Below are positions 8,849 through 19,025 of a stretch of DNA of 64,000 nucleotides, piece after piece; positions within the stretch are counted from its first letter, which is position 1, and every line of letters starts with the position of its first letter. The DNA is taken from contig JBCDCZ010000001.1 in assembly GCA_039180865.1 (NCBI GenBank), positions 5,492 through 69,491 of the forward strand. Reading direction: 5' to 3'. The DNA comes from Pseudomonadota bacterium. Lineage in GTDB: Bacteria; Pseudomonadota; Alphaproteobacteria; Rhizobiales; JACESI01. Below the pieces are notes generated by a model. It was not told the origin of the DNA, did not search any database, and saw nothing but the letters and a program-made list of their open reading frames with translations. A program made the position numbers and the translations under genes.

Positions 8849-11188
8849 TCAAAACGAAATGGTTCCCGAAATGCCGAAAGTCCGCGGACGGCCAACGATA
8901 AATCCTGAACCCGTCGTGGATGTGACAAATCGATTATCGGCCAGGTTGTTTATGAACCCGTCTATTCGCGTGAACACGCCGTCTCGCACTTCGTGTTCAT
9001 AACCTGCTGCAATATCGACGACAACATAGTTCTCTAATTCCACATCTCCAAGACCTGGTGTTTGCGCACCAACAAATCTTGCATCCACCGAAGCCGAGAA
9101 CCCAAAATCGGATGCGTAGGACAAGCCTGCACTTGCAGTAACACGCGGCGCTCTCGGCAATTCTGCACCATCAAATTCTGGAATGATCGGACCGGCATCC
9201 GTGATCTCTGTATCGAGAAGTCCGAGTCCCGCTGTTAGTTTCACACCCTCAAAAATTTCGAAGCTCCCATCCAGCTCAAAACCTATACCGCGTGCTTCCG
9301 GAACATTGCCAAACAGAAAGGCGTCAGGATCAGGAACGTCCGCTGCACCAAGTGTTTGAGCGTCATCAAATGTGTAAAAGAAAGCACTTGCATTGAGCGC
9401 CAAGCGATTTTCAATCCAATTCGTCCTGGCAAAAACCTCATGTTGCCGTAGCCGTTCTGAATCAAACTCGACGAATACGGTGGGATCGAAAATATTGAAA
9501 TCGACGCCACCAGGTCGGAAGCCCTCAGAATATGTGTATCCGATGCGGACATCCTCGGTCACCTCATAGCGCAAACCAATTTTTGGGATAAAGGCGGTTT
9601 CTTCTACCAGCGTATCACTGCCAGCTCCCGCCGCTGTAACCAACCGCTCACGGCTATCAATTTCAATACGAGCACCGGCTATAAGTGTCAAACGCTCGAA
9701 AACATCGACTTCGACTTCCCCAAAGATACCTATGTTCTCAATATCGGCATCGAGAGTAAAGGGACCGAGAAATCCATCAACATTCTCTCCTTCGTCCTTT
9801 TGGTTTTCATACGCAACACCGAACAAACCTTTCGAAAGTCGGCCAAAGTCCTTTACCCTAACGAAACCTTCTGCCGTGATCGTTTCCGTATCCTGGACGA
9901 AATCGAACAGCGGATTGGTTGGTTGGATTGCAAATACGTTATTCAGGAACCCTGCCTTTGCTTCAAATATGATCCGGTCCGAAAGCTCATAAATTGCTGA
10001 GCCGGAATAGACGATCTGCTCGTTATCATCCACTGACTCTGAATCAAAAAAAGTCGCTAATTCCAACGCGTCAATAGGTTCGCTAACGTTACCAGGCTGA
10101 AACAAGCGAATACTGGACGTGTCGTCCACACTAAACTTCAAAGAGAGTCCAGGCACTGCATCTGGCGTGAAAAGGACCTTTCCCCGAAAGCGGCGAAACT
10201 CTTCATCCTCAATAAGGTCTGCCGCCTCCGGGGTTAAAGGTGGAAAAAACCCGGGGAAGGCCGACGCCGCCCCAGGGAGAACTTCAACAAAGCTCTCACC
10301 GTCTGACGCCTCGGCAGTGAAGCGAATAGCTAGTTGATCATCAACGATGGGAACGTTGACAAGAAATGCGCCACCAATCGTTCCATCCTGATTGAAATAG
10401 CTGAGCCGAGCTTTGGACTCAAACTCGTTACTTGGATCTTTTGTTTGAACTCGGATAGCGCCACCCAGTGCGTTGCGTCCGGTCGTCGTTGCCTGGGGTC
10501 CGCGCGCCACTTCTATTGTTTCGACATCCCAAACGCTATTAATAGATGGTGTGGCGCTGAGTGTCAGCGGGCGAGGAACGCCATCAACAATAACCGGCAC
10601 ACGTGGCTGAGAACCCGCTGTTAGGGAAGTGCTACCGATCGAACCGCCACTGCCATCTATTCCTCGAATCGAGGGAAGCTGGGGACCTTCTTCATTGAGT
10701 ACGTTCGGTATGCCCTGGATTGCCTCCCGTTGATCAAAATTCTGAGGCCGATCAGCAGTGTCGTTCAGAACAACAATACTGGGCGTAATCTCCTGAAGGT
10801 TCCGTCCGATTTTCTCCCCTTCGACAATCACGACTTCGTCGAGCAGGAAATCGCTATCTTGAGACGAACCGACACCTTGCTGCCCGCTTTCTGTCAGCGC
10901 GAAGCTTCTGTCCGGGAGTTGAAGAAAAGATAAGCCCGTTCCTTCGACCATTGACGCCAAAGCCTGTTTTGGCGTCAGCTGACCTTTGACGGCCCGGCTT
11001 GTTTTTCCGCGAACCAGACTGCTCTTTACGATTATCGCCCGACCGGTTTCCGAGCTGAGCTCGTTGATTGCGGCATCAAGCGGCTGCGCCGGGACATCAA
11101 TATCGCGGACCTCCTGCGCCTCAACCTTTGCTGTAACCGTGACTATCAAAGCGGCAGACAGTGCTGTTGTCATCAGCTTATTTTTCAT
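8849..11188 (-). CDS. TonB-dependent transducer with STN domain, cassette 2
   Basis: 779 aa, colinear paralogue of 4573..6924. Long shared runs include LLDEVVIVEGEKIGR, REAIQGIPNVLNEEG and IEVARGPQATTTGRNA. Confidence 0.9.
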   Translation of the reverse strand: MKNKLMTTALSAALIVTVTAKVEAQEVRDIDVPAQPLDAAINELSSETGRAIIVKSSLVRGKTSRAVKGQLTPKQALASMVEGTGLSFLQLPDRSFALTESGQQGVGSSQDSDFLLDEVVIVEGEKIGRNLQEITPSIVVLNDTADRPQNFDQREAIQGIPNVLNEEGPQLPSIRGIDGSGGSIGSTSLTAGSQPRVPVIVDGVPRPLTLSATPSINSVWDVETIEVARGPQATTTGRNALGGAIRVQTKDPSNEFESKARLSYFNQDGTIGGAFLVNVPIVDDQLAIRFTAEASDGESFVEVLPGAASAFPGFFPPLTPEAADLIEDEEFRRFRGKVLFTPDAVPGLSLKFSVDDTSSIRLFQPGNVSEPIDALELATFFDSESVDDNEQIVYSGSAIYELSDRIIFEAKAGFLNNVFAIQPTNPLFDFVQDTETITAEGFVRVKDFGRLSKGLFGVAYENQKDEGENVDGFLGPFTLDADIENIGIFGEVEVDVFERLTLIAGARIEIDSRERLVTAAGAGSDTLVEETAFIPKIGLRYEVTEDVRIGYTYSEGFRPGGVDFNIFDPTVFVEFDSERLRQHEVFARTNWIENRLALNASAFFYTFDDAQTLGAADVPDPDAFLFGNVPEARGIGFELDGSFEIFEGVKLTAGLGLLDTEITDAGPIIPEFDGAELPRAPRVTASAGLSYASDFGFSASVDARFVGAQTPGLGDVELENYVVVDIAAGYEHEVRDGVFTRIDGFINNLADNRFVTSTTGSGFIVGRPRTFGISGTISF

Positions 11189-11262
11189 TGCGCCCCATTC
11201 CCCATTGCTTGCGAAAAGACCTCTTTCACTACCTCAACGGATGGGGTTGGGGATTGTCCTAT

Positions 11263-11284
11263 GAAAAATGACATTTTTTATCGG
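11263..11284 (-). promoter_or_regulatory. Conserved A/T-tract box upstream of transducer 2
   Basis: Sense strand CCGATAAAAAATGTCATTTTTC, 75-96 bp upstream of the start. Confidence 0.3.
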
Positions 11285-11362
11285 AATTTTGCTCGCGATC
11301 GACCCGGAAACGAATATGCGGACCCAAACGCCCCATAAATCAGCAAGTTTGTGACTGGGACG

Positions 11363-12280
11363 TTAGCGGTTTGAAACAAGCGTTCCGAGCGGTCCTGCTG
11401 ATCTAACCGTTGCTCCGCTTGTTGCGGCGAGTGCCCTGAGCGCATCCATGGGACTTGTGAGATTAAGTCGTCCCGAAACGCGTGTTCCCGCGAGTTCCGC
11501 GCCGATGATGATGACCGGGCCTGGAAGTCTGCGCTCAAGCACATCGACCACTTCGCCGAAGGTCATCCCATCTGCGACAAGAAAGCCTTCCCGCCACGTT
11601 GCAATCGTATCCAAATCAATAATCTCGAGAACAGGGTCCTCATCGTCCGGCAATTGAAGGCTTTCACCAGGGCTAAGACTAAAGACACGCCCGTCACGCC
11701 TGACATCCACCGCGCCCTCAGCAACTGCGACAAGAATCTTGTCGTCAATCTTTGCGACTTCAAATGCCGTTCCGGTCACCTCGATAGCGGTTTCGTCTAC
11801 GTCCACCACAAACCGCTTGCCGTTACTTTGGACTTCGAAAAAGGCGGCGCCTTTTAACAGCGTCACGCGGCGAATCTCTAAGTCTGATGCGTCGACCAGA
11901 GCGGTCGAAGCATCAAGATGCGTCCTATCACCGGAGGCGAGAGCTAATTGCTGCATATCAAGGGCTGTGATTGCATCTGCACGCCAATAAATCGAAACCG
12001 GCTCATAGGCGGCGTAGAGGACAGTACCAGCCACTATTGCAACAAGGATCGAGAGATAAGGCGGCTTTTTTGGTTTTGGCTTCAGCGCAAGTTTCGCGGT
12101 TCTGACGGCGCGCAGGACGCGTGCATAAGTCTTTCGTTCTGCCTCACCACGCGCGAGGAATGCCTCCTTTTCCCGTTGCGCCTGCAAATCATCGGGATCT
12201 TCGTCAAGGCGTCGAAAAATCTTTGCGGCCTCCTCGGCGCGCTGCAGTTCTTCCGGGTCCGGGTCATCTGGGTCGGACAT
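11363..12280 (-). CDS. FecR-family anti-sigma factor, cassette 2
   Basis: ORF 11363..12313. The ATG at 12280 (MSDPDDPDPEE...) matches the N-termini of the two paralogues. Same TM plus FecR-domain layout. Confidence 0.85.
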   Translation of the reverse strand: MSDPDDPDPEELQRAEEAAKIFRRLDEDPDDLQAQREKEAFLARGEAERKTYARVLRAVRTAKLALKPKPKKPPYLSILVAIVAGTVLYAAYEPVSIYWRADAITALDMQQLALASGDRTHLDASTALVDASDLEIRRVTLLKGAAFFEVQSNGKRFVVDVDETAIEVTGTAFEVAKIDDKILVAVAEGAVDVRRDGRVFSLSPGESLQLPDDEDPVLEIIDLDTIATWREGFLVADGMTFGEVVDVLERRLPGPVIIIGAELAGTRVSGRLNLTSPMDALRALAATSGATVRSAGPLGTLVSNR

Positions 12281-12352
12281 GTTTGCCGGTTCCATTCGCC
12301 GTTCTCTTCTCACTTACATAACGAACGGGAACGGCAAATTGCCTGAAAAAAA

Positions 12353-12832
12353 TCAGTCGCTGAGGACACAAGTGATCGCAATGATGGTCTCTTCGACAAG
12401 ACCGTGCGCGCGGGACCGTGACATTTCCAATCGCTTCCCGATATCTGCGAATGTGAGACCATCAACAAAGCGCATGTGAAAGGCTGCGACGGTTCTCTTC
12501 GGGAGTTTTTCAAGTGCACGCACCACGCGCGCGAGTTCCTGGCGGGCAATTAAGACCCGTTCGCTATCGAACTCCACGTCCTCAAAGAGCATTAATTCCG
12601 ATAGAGTCTGCTCTTCGGTTTGGCGTGAGCGAGACCAGTCCAAAGCGAGGTTGGTAACAATACGTTTGAAGATTGGCAGTGCTTTTTCGGATGGGTATGC
12701 CTTTTTATCCCATCTGAGCCAGCTGTCTTGCACCAGTTCCTCAGCTATCGCGCGGCTTTTCACCATCTGGAGCGCAATGCCAATAAGGCGTTCTCTTTCA
12801 TTAACAAACGTCGAAAGCGCAGGATCTGCCAT
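12353..12832 (-). CDS. ECF (FecI-type) sigma factor, cassette 2
   Basis: 159 aa. Same length as, and clearly paralogous to, 8020..8499 and 25034..25513 (MADPAL.TF..ERE.LI..AL..V.SRA.AEELVQDSWLRW). Confidence 0.9.
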   Translation of the reverse strand: MADPALSTFVNERERLIGIALQMVKSRAIAEELVQDSWLRWDKKAYPSEKALPIFKRIVTNLALDWSRSRQTEEQTLSELMLFEDVEFDSERVLIARQELARVVRALEKLPKRTVAAFHMRFVDGLTFADIGKRLEMSRSRAHGLVEETIIAITCVLSD

Positions 12833-12965
12833 TCTTTTACCGACCGGGTTTAAAGAGCTGTTTATCGCACCCTAACCGGCGGTCGAACAGAATACTCAAT
12901 TGTGAGAATTTGAGTTTTCCGGGCGAACCGAGCGAGCGTGGATAGGCTCCTGAATTGCAATCTGA

Positions 12966-12993
12966 TGGCTGGCTTCGCACGCGTGGCTGGCTG
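12966..12993. promoter_or_regulatory. CTGGCT direct-repeat box upstream of ECF sigma 2
   Basis: TGGCTGGCTTCGCACGCGTGGCTGGCTG, about 134 bp upstream of the sigma start. Nearly identical to the box at 25642. Confidence 0.5.
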
Positions 12994-13283
12994 ATGTGAA
13001 TTCAACTGAGCCCATCAATTGTTGATGGTCAAGCCGACCACTATTCTAAGAACTCGGTTTTGCGAAAGAGTGTTCCTGATGCAACATCTGATAAAGTGAA
13101 AACGATATGAAATTAGAAATCAGTAGTTATATGCATCCAATCAGTTCAGGTGATTTAAATAAATAGTATTGGGTGAAATCGCATAAGCAGCTGCCTCAAC
13201 AATACATATGGAATAGCTTTATGATCGAAGGACCCTACGTGTCCTTCGATCCCGCGACCGTTTTGGGTATTCAGAAAATCGAT

Positions 13284-14354
13284 TTACCCACGAACGCGGA
13301 CTGGAATAACAAAATTCCGGCGGGCGCCAGATGGCGGTTTCGGAAAAGGGGCTGCCCGACGGACAAGATCAAGAGCCGCCTTATCCACCTCAGACGAACC
13401 TGAACTCCTGGCAACGGAAATGCTTGAAATCCGTCCGCTCTGGGAAATGACAAATCGGATGCGTGCGGTACCCTTCCCTCCCACACGTTTCGCTCTCGTT
13501 CGCGCTATGCGTCTTTGAACCTTTCCAGGATAATTTGAGACCGCAGCATTACCGGCTTTCGCTTTGCGACGGTTTCCTTTTGCGCTCTTTTCGTCAGATT
13601 TTCCTTTAGCCTGTCCGTCTGAGCGACCTTTTTTTCTGTTCGCCGTCGAGTTTGCGTCTTTGCGCCCCTGGTTCCTTTCGGTTCTCTTCTTTTGAACCTT
13701 CTTTTTCTGAGGCGGTTTCTTCTTGGTTGCCGCTTTCGGAGGTGCTGGTGGTTTTGGCTTAGTGACGGGTGCAGGGGTTGCTTCGCGTTCAGGCAAAGGC
13801 TCGAGGCTTTCAACCGGTTCAATCGCCTCTAAGGGCTCGATTAGAACTGGCGCCAGTGCCGCAATTTCCCGAGGTGTCTCAGTCGGCTCGGGAGGCGGCG
13901 TCTCGAGCGGAACTGGGTTCAGGGGATCTGGTATTGGTAGCGCTTCGGCCCGCATTGGAGGGACGACCTCCGTTGGCCTTACCTGGTCCATCCGCTCCGG
14001 ATCGACTTCGACGACGTCCTCAATCTTTTGATCAGGTTGTGTTTCTGTCGGTGTTTCGGTATCGGTCACCTGTTCAAGGTCAGTATCCGGTTCCATCCGG
14101 TCGGGTTCAACCGGTTCCGTTTCCGACACTTCGGCATCATCTTCAGCCACGACAGGGTCCATTGGTTCAAGCTGATCACCTTCCGCGACCATGTCTTCGA
14201 AATCGTTGCCAAGCATCGCAACTTCTGTTGTCGCTCCGCCGGCGATTTCCGCTTTTTCTTCTGCCAGACTGAAGTAAACAAGAGCGCCAAGGTGTATGAC
14301 CGCCGACGCCGCTAGCGCAAGAAGCGCTTTCGATAGAGTGCTTTGTGGCATCAC
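13284..14354 (-). CDS. tonB: Energy transducer TonB
   Basis: 356 aa. N-terminal TM anchor, a long Pro/Glu- then Lys-rich spacer, and a C-terminal TonB domain (YPGKVQRR...GTARIRFVISQSGRISSISVARSSGSSEVDKAALDLVRRAAPFPKPP). Last gene of an exbB-exbD-exbD operon. Confidence 0.85.
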   Translation of the reverse strand: MMPQSTLSKALLALAASAVIHLGALVYFSLAEEKAEIAGGATTEVAMLGNDFEDMVAEGDQLEPMDPVVAEDDAEVSETEPVEPDRMEPDTDLEQVTDTETPTETQPDQKIEDVVEVDPERMDQVRPTEVVPPMRAEALPIPDPLNPVPLETPPPEPTETPREIAALAPVLIEPLEAIEPVESLEPLPEREATPAPVTKPKPPAPPKAATKKKPPQKKKVQKKRTERNQGRKDANSTANRKKGRSDGQAKGKSDEKSAKGNRRKAKAGNAAVSNYPGKVQRRIARTRAKRVGGKGTARIRFVISQSGRISSISVARSSGSSEVDKAALDLVRRAAPFPKPPSGARRNFVIPVRVRG

Positions 14355-14773
14355 AGACCCCGTTCCGTCACGACAACGACCCGAGCGGCCCCTTTGGACC
14401 GCAATTCATTGGAAAGCGCGACCAAATCACGCGCTGGTAACTCTTTATCCGGCACAATTCGGACGATCAGCGCGTTCTCATCCTCTTCAAATGCACTATC
14501 GATCGCTTCGTCGCGTCGATATGAAAGATGGTCATCGATCGTTGTGTCGGTTCCGCGAAAACTCAGCCGCTTATCCGAAAAAATAAGCAGTGCATCGGGC
14601 GGTTCTTTACCATCAAGGCTGGAGAGTTTGACAAGGGACAGATCACGATCAATTGGAGCTGCGAGCGTTCCGGCGATGAGAAAGAAGATCAGCATCAGGA
14701 ATACAATGTTAATCAGCGCAATGGTTGGTTCGGCTTTTTTCCGGGGAGCCCGCGATGTGAGTCTGCCTGCCAT
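14351..14773 (-). CDS. exbD: Biopolymer transport protein ExbD/TolR
   Basis: 140 aa with a single N-terminal TM (INIVFLMLIFFLIAGTL). 4-nt overlap with tonB. Confidence 0.85.
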   Translation of the reverse strand: MAGRLTSRAPRKKAEPTIALINIVFLMLIFFLIAGTLAAPIDRDLSLVKLSSLDGKEPPDALLIFSDKRLSFRGTDTTIDDHLSYRRDEAIDSAFEEDENALIVRIVPDKELPARDLVALSNELRSKGAARVVVVTERGL

Positions 14774-14774
14774 A

Positions 14775-15158
14775 TCACTGAACCAGAGTTATGCGAACAG
14801 GAGCTGCACGGGTCAAAGAGACCATCGTTTCTATCAGGACCTGGGACGTCAACGTCTCACCGATCGAGAGTATGACGATATCCGCCCCCTTCTCATGCAA
14901 CTCAGCCACCTCTGTCTCCGCTTCTTCCAGTGTTCGTATCTGCCCGTTGACCGTTAGAGTTTCAGCGTCACGTTTTATAAAGATTGGCGGTTCTTGCGAT
15001 CTTGTTGCACCGGCTGAGCCACTGGCTGTTACAAGATCGATCTCACCGAATTTCGAGAATGTCGATGAGAGCATAAAAAAGAGAAGCAGGAGAAAAATGA
15101 CATCGATCAAAGATGTCATCGAGAGGGTCCTGCGCCGAAATTTCTTCCTTGCAAGCAT
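14775..15158 (-). CDS. exbD: Biopolymer transport protein ExbD/TolR (second copy)
   Basis: 127 aa with the ExbD signature N-terminus (MTSLIDVIFLLLLFFM). Confidence 0.85.
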   Translation of the reverse strand: MLARKKFRRRTLSMTSLIDVIFLLLLFFMLSSTFSKFGEIDLVTASGSAGATRSQEPPIFIKRDAETLTVNGQIRTLEEAETEVAELHEKGADIVILSIGETLTSQVLIETMVSLTRAAPVRITLVQ

Positions 15159-15169
15159 ACTTCCCTCCG

Positions 15170-15874
15170 CTACTGAGCCGCTACGGCCTCTCTGGGTTCA
15201 GCTTGCCTTTGGGTGCTTTGAAGAGGTGCGCCGACCGGGTGAGGCCCAAGAAGGCGGCTTATGATTAATTCGGCGGCTTGTCTTTCCCGCGCAACCCGGC
15301 TCTCGAAGTAGGTCAAAAAGAGAGATGTTGGCATGGCCACGGCGAGACCGACAGCGGTCGTCAGCAGAGCGACCCAGATGCCGCCTGCAAGAATGGACGG
15401 ATCGACCGCATTCCCTGCGTTTTGCAGTGTCTGGAAGGCTTCAATCATTCCGAGAACGGTTCCAAAGAGGCCGAGCAGCGGTGCAATTTGTGCGATTGAA
15501 TCGAGGATCCGAAAACCGCGCTCAAGCCGCGAAAGGTTCTGGTCCGCCTCGACACTAAGATAATTTTCCAGCTGGCTTACATCAGGTTTTTGAAGACGCT
15601 GCGCATGTAGAGATCTCATCGCGTCATGGGCAATACGATCACTGAGGGATTTGCGGTCGGAGACTGATGCAATCGCTTTTGTTTCGTGCCCCGATGCCCA
15701 ATCGGCAACAGCGTCCATAGCCCGTTTACGGCTTCCGACACCCAGAATGATGAACTGAACCGCTTTGTAGAGCGCAACAGCGAGAGATATGACTGACAGG
15801 ACTAAAAGTATGGCAACGACCGGGCCGCCAAGGTCAACAATATTCTGAAATTGCTCTGTAATCGCCGCAATCAT
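15170..15874 (-). CDS. exbB: MotA/TolQ/ExbB proton-channel protein
   Basis: 234 aa, 3 TM, conserved LLGLFGTVLGMIEAF segment. Confidence 0.85.
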   Translation of the reverse strand: MIAAITEQFQNIVDLGGPVVAILLVLSVISLAVALYKAVQFIILGVGSRKRAMDAVADWASGHETKAIASVSDRKSLSDRIAHDAMRSLHAQRLQKPDVSQLENYLSVEADQNLSRLERGFRILDSIAQIAPLLGLFGTVLGMIEAFQTLQNAGNAVDPSILAGGIWVALLTTAVGLAVAMPTSLFLTYFESRVARERQAAELIISRLLGPHPVGAPLQSTQRQAEPREAVAAQ

Positions 15875-15879
15875 GATCC

Positions 15880-16350
15880 CTATCCAATAAGCTCAAGCTT
15901 GGTTTTGGTTTCAAGTTTGAGTTCGTTTTCGCATAGGGAAGCGTCTGCGCCGGCTACCTTACAGACGGAGGTACCGTTAATGAGAATGCGGCCCAAGTCA
16001 GCACAAGGTGTCTTAGGAACTGCAAATTGGCGGACCCTCGGTCGTCCATTCGGCAGTTCTTTGAAGTCGAACAGAGTAAGACGCAGGAAAGTTCCGCCTG
16101 CGTCAAAAAGGACCGTTTCGAGAGAGAGACTGTCGATGTCTTGGCCAGTTGCATTGGTTGCAAGAAAAACCAGACGGCACCGTTCTCCATCTTGCTGCGC
16201 TGCATTGAGCTCGATTGAGAGAGATTTCTGAGCAGCGTCTTCCGCAAATGCCGCCTGGGGCAGTCCGAAGGGTACCAGCATCAGCAATGCAACCAGAAAA
16301 GTGAACAATCGGTTTTTTGATGCGTTGACGTGGCTCGATGCTCGAAACAT
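15880..16350 (-). CDS. Exported protein of unknown function, first gene of the exbB operon
   Basis: 156 aa with a signal peptide (LLMLVPFGLPQAAFA) and four Cys. Only a 5-nt gap to exbB. I do not recognise the family. Confidence 0.5.
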   Translation of the reverse strand: MFRASSHVNASKNRLFTFLVALLMLVPFGLPQAAFAEDAAQKSLSIELNAAQQDGERCRLVFLATNATGQDIDSLSLETVLFDAGGTFLRLTLFDFKELPNGRPRVRQFAVPKTPCADLGRILINGTSVCKVAGADASLCENELKLETKTKLELIG

Positions 16351-16384
16351 AGACGATTCCCAATAAGAAGCGATTCAAGACACG

Positions 16385-16411
16385 ACTGGCTTGCTCACAA
16401 GGGCTGGCTGG
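16385..16411. promoter_or_regulatory. CTGGCT direct-repeat box in the exbB-operon / receptor divergent region
   Basis: ACTGGCTTGCTCACAAGGGCTGGCTGG has the same CTGGCTT-N11-CTGGCTG architecture. It lies 35-61 bp upstream of the ORF starting at 16350. Confidence 0.45.
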
Positions 16412-16571
16412 CATCTTATCCTGAGTTTTTCGCTCAGAATAACAATCGCTGTCAACGCAAAAATGGTGCAGAGCAAAATGGCTGTTGCGAAAAAACAACC
16501 ATATGTTGCGAAAAGTAAATTGGGTTGAAATTTTGTTGACTGAATCAGTCAGCAATTAAAAGGTAAAACAA

Positions 16572-16610
16572 AGCCAGCCATTCGGTGTGGGGTAATCCGA
16601 TAGCCAGCCA
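16572..16610. promoter_or_regulatory. Two inverted-orientation copies of the TGGCTGGCT 9-mer upstream of the receptor gene
   Basis: AGCCAGCCA at 16572..16580 and 16602..16610 is the reverse complement of TGGCTGGCT. The copies lie 60-125 bp upstream of the receptor start. Confidence 0.4.
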
Positions 16611-16666
16611 ACATAATCATGTGTGGCGTGACGGCTGGGTTTCTCTCATAAAATACGACCAGCTCT

Positions 16667-19018
16667 ATGCGTCCGGACCCTGGAATGGATGGGACAATGG
16701 GCTGGGTAAAAACGACTGTTTCTTCAATTGCTCTTATTGCGGCGCTTTCGGGACACGACGCAGTTGCGCAAACTGCGACGGATGGAGATGATTTCGAGCT
16801 GGATCTGGTGACAATCACCACCCGCCGCACACTGGAAGATTTGCAGGATGTTCCCGGCAGTGTGACCGTCCTCTCGGAAGAAAGACTGGAGCGGTCAAAT
16901 ATCAACAACACCGATGATGTGATCCTCAACACGCCCGGTGTCAGCTTCACTGAAAACGCAAGCCCGATAGACCTGAATGTTTCTATCCGCGGGATCACGG
17001 ATCTTGTTGGCGCTTCGGGCACGGGACCAACAAACGGCATCTTCCTCGACGGCTTTCTTTTAAACCCGACCGGTGGCGCTGCGTCAATCAATCCGGAACT
17101 CGTCGACCTCGAACAAGTGGAAGTCGCGTTCGGTCCACAGGGAACGGCGTTCGGACGAGGTACGCTTGGCGGTGCCATTAACTTCAGAACCAAGAAACCG
17201 ACCGATGAGGTTGAATACTCTTTGGAATTGGAAGCTGGATCCTTTGCAGATGGGCGGGGTGTTGCGATTGCGAATCTGCCGATTTTTGAAGATGGTCTCC
17301 TTTCCACCCGGTTTGTTGTTTTCGGTGAAATTTCAGATGGATTCATCGATTTTGCATCATTGACTGACAACGATTCAATTGGGAGTGATAATGCCGGTGG
17401 GCGGTTCAGCCTGCGCTCGCAACCGACGGATCGTCTGACGTTCGATTTCGGCATATCTTTCGACAGGACCAACCAGGACGATTCGTTTTCCGCGACACAA
17501 GAGAGCGTTGCCGCCGGAGATCCGATCAACGAAGCAAATGTTGCCGAGGGGCTGAACCTCGATCGCCTGGTGACCACTGCCAACATTGTTTACGAGAGCG
17601 ATATTGGAGCGTTTAAATCCAATACCGGCTTTCTGGATACGGATGTTTTCTCTGATGAGTCGGATACCGATGGCACGGCTATCGATTTTCTTTCGTCGAC
17701 CGCTGCTTTTAACGAACAATCCATTTCCCAGGAGTTCAGATTCGAAAGTGATGAATTTGCTCTTCCGGAAGGATTTGGGAAGGTATCATTCAATATCGGC
17801 ACAAGTTTTAGTTTCAGCGAAGATGGACTTGAATCGGTAATTTTGCCGGGGACAGATACACTGCCCACATTCGCGGGCGGGCTGCCGCTTGCTACCCAAG
17901 CTGGTCTCTTGGTCGGCGCAGGTCTCCTCGAAGCATCCGTATTTGGCTTAATGCCAGCGGATCTTGCAGCAGAGGTCGCCGGCGCGTTAGCTACTCCGCC
18001 TGAATTTCTGGGCACCTCCGATACCATTTCATCCACGAGCGTCAACAATTTCGGGGTCTTCGGAGATATTCGCTTCCGGCCGATCGATAAGCTGGAACTT
18101 GCCGTTGGGGCGAGGTTCCACCGCGACTCGGTGACGGTTGAATCAACAACGGCGTTATCCGGCGTTTTCGCAATACCCACTCTTGGCTTCACGGCATCAG
18201 ACTTTGAATCGACAGAGGTTTTCACAGCGGTCACACCGAATGCATCGATCAAATATGATTGGACCGACGACTTCTCGACTTATGTTGCGTTTTCGACAGG
18301 ATACCGCCCGGGTGGCGTATTCGCTTCATCAGTCAGCATCGACGCGTTTGATGAGGAACGGGTGCGGTCCATTGAGGGCGGATTTAAATCCACATGGTTC
18401 GACAATCGTCTGCTCGTCAACGCAAGCGGTTACTTCATCGACTATGAGGATATTCAGGTCGCGATCGTGGAAGCGGTCAGCACGCCGACGGGAACCCTCG
18501 CGGTTACCACTGTCGACAATGCGGCCTCGGCGCGCAGTGTCGGCTCCGAAATCACCATAGCCGCGCTGCCGTTTGATGGATTGCGGCTCGATGCCGGTAT
18601 TGGCGTGAATTTCGCCACGTTCACGGATTTTACCGATTCTCCCTTCGGAGACCTGACGGGAACGCGGCTTCCGAACGCGCCTGTGAATACTTTCTCACTC
18701 ACGGCGGATTATGAGCACCCGGAACCGGTATATAAAGATCTCAAAGCCTTTGTACGGGCTGAATATAATTTCCGCACTGACTTCTCCAATTTGCTGGATC
18801 CATCCTTGATTACATTCGACGGCTTCGATGTCGCAAACTTCCGGGCAGGGTTAAGAGGGGAGAGTATGTCTATTACAGCCTTCGTCGAAAATGCATTCAA
18901 TGAAGTCTATGCGACCGGATCAACATCACTGCTTGCCGCAGGTTTCGTTGGCGCAGACGTGAATGTTGATGTCGGTGCAACGCGCCGTTTCGGTGTTGTC
19001 GGCAGTATCAAGTTTTAG
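16667..19018 (+). CDS. TonB-dependent receptor without STN domain
   Basis: 783-aa ORF. The likely true start is the ATG at 16697 (MGWVKTTVSSIALIAALSGHDAVAQ signal peptide). A plug (LEDLQDVPGSVTVL) follows directly. The barrel ends in GSIKF. Confidence 0.9.
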   Translation: MRPDPGMDGTMGWVKTTVSSIALIAALSGHDAVAQTATDGDDFELDLVTITTRRTLEDLQDVPGSVTVLSEERLERSNINNTDDVILNTPGVSFTENASPIDLNVSIRGITDLVGASGTGPTNGIFLDGFLLNPTGGAASINPELVDLEQVEVAFGPQGTAFGRGTLGGAINFRTKKPTDEVEYSLELEAGSFADGRGVAIANLPIFEDGLLSTRFVVFGEISDGFIDFASLTDNDSIGSDNAGGRFSLRSQPTDRLTFDFGISFDRTNQDDSFSATQESVAAGDPINEANVAEGLNLDRLVTTANIVYESDIGAFKSNTGFLDTDVFSDESDTDGTAIDFLSSTAAFNEQSISQEFRFESDEFALPEGFGKVSFNIGTSFSFSEDGLESVILPGTDTLPTFAGGLPLATQAGLLVGAGLLEASVFGLMPADLAAEVAGALATPPEFLGTSDTISSTSVNNFGVFGDIRFRPIDKLELAVGARFHRDSVTVESTTALSGVFAIPTLGFTASDFESTEVFTAVTPNASIKYDWTDDFSTYVAFSTGYRPGGVFASSVSIDAFDEERVRSIEGGFKSTWFDNRLLVNASGYFIDYEDIQVAIVEAVSTPTGTLAVTTVDNAASARSVGSEITIAALPFDGLRLDAGIGVNFATFTDFTDSPFGDLTGTRLPNAPVNTFSLTADYEHPEPVYKDLKAFVRAEYNFRTDFSNLLDPSLITFDGFDVANFRAGLRGESMSITAFVENAFNEVYATGSTSLLAAGFVGADVNVDVGATRRFGVVGSIKF

Positions 19019-19025
19019 GAGCGCA

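Noticed and set aside
8652-9002. 116-aa plus-strand ORF spanning the sigma-1 upstream region and the 3' end of transducer 2
   Set aside because: It starts at a TTG inside the CTGGCT box and runs antisense into the transducer gene. It is most likely non-coding regulatory DNA.
16549-17586. 345-aa ORF on the minus strand overlapping the 5' third of the fourth TonB-dependent receptor
   Set aside because: It is antisense to a strongly supported receptor gene. Its translation is low-complexity (S/P/R/A-rich) with no recognisable motif, which is typical of a shadow ORF in GC-biased coding DNA.
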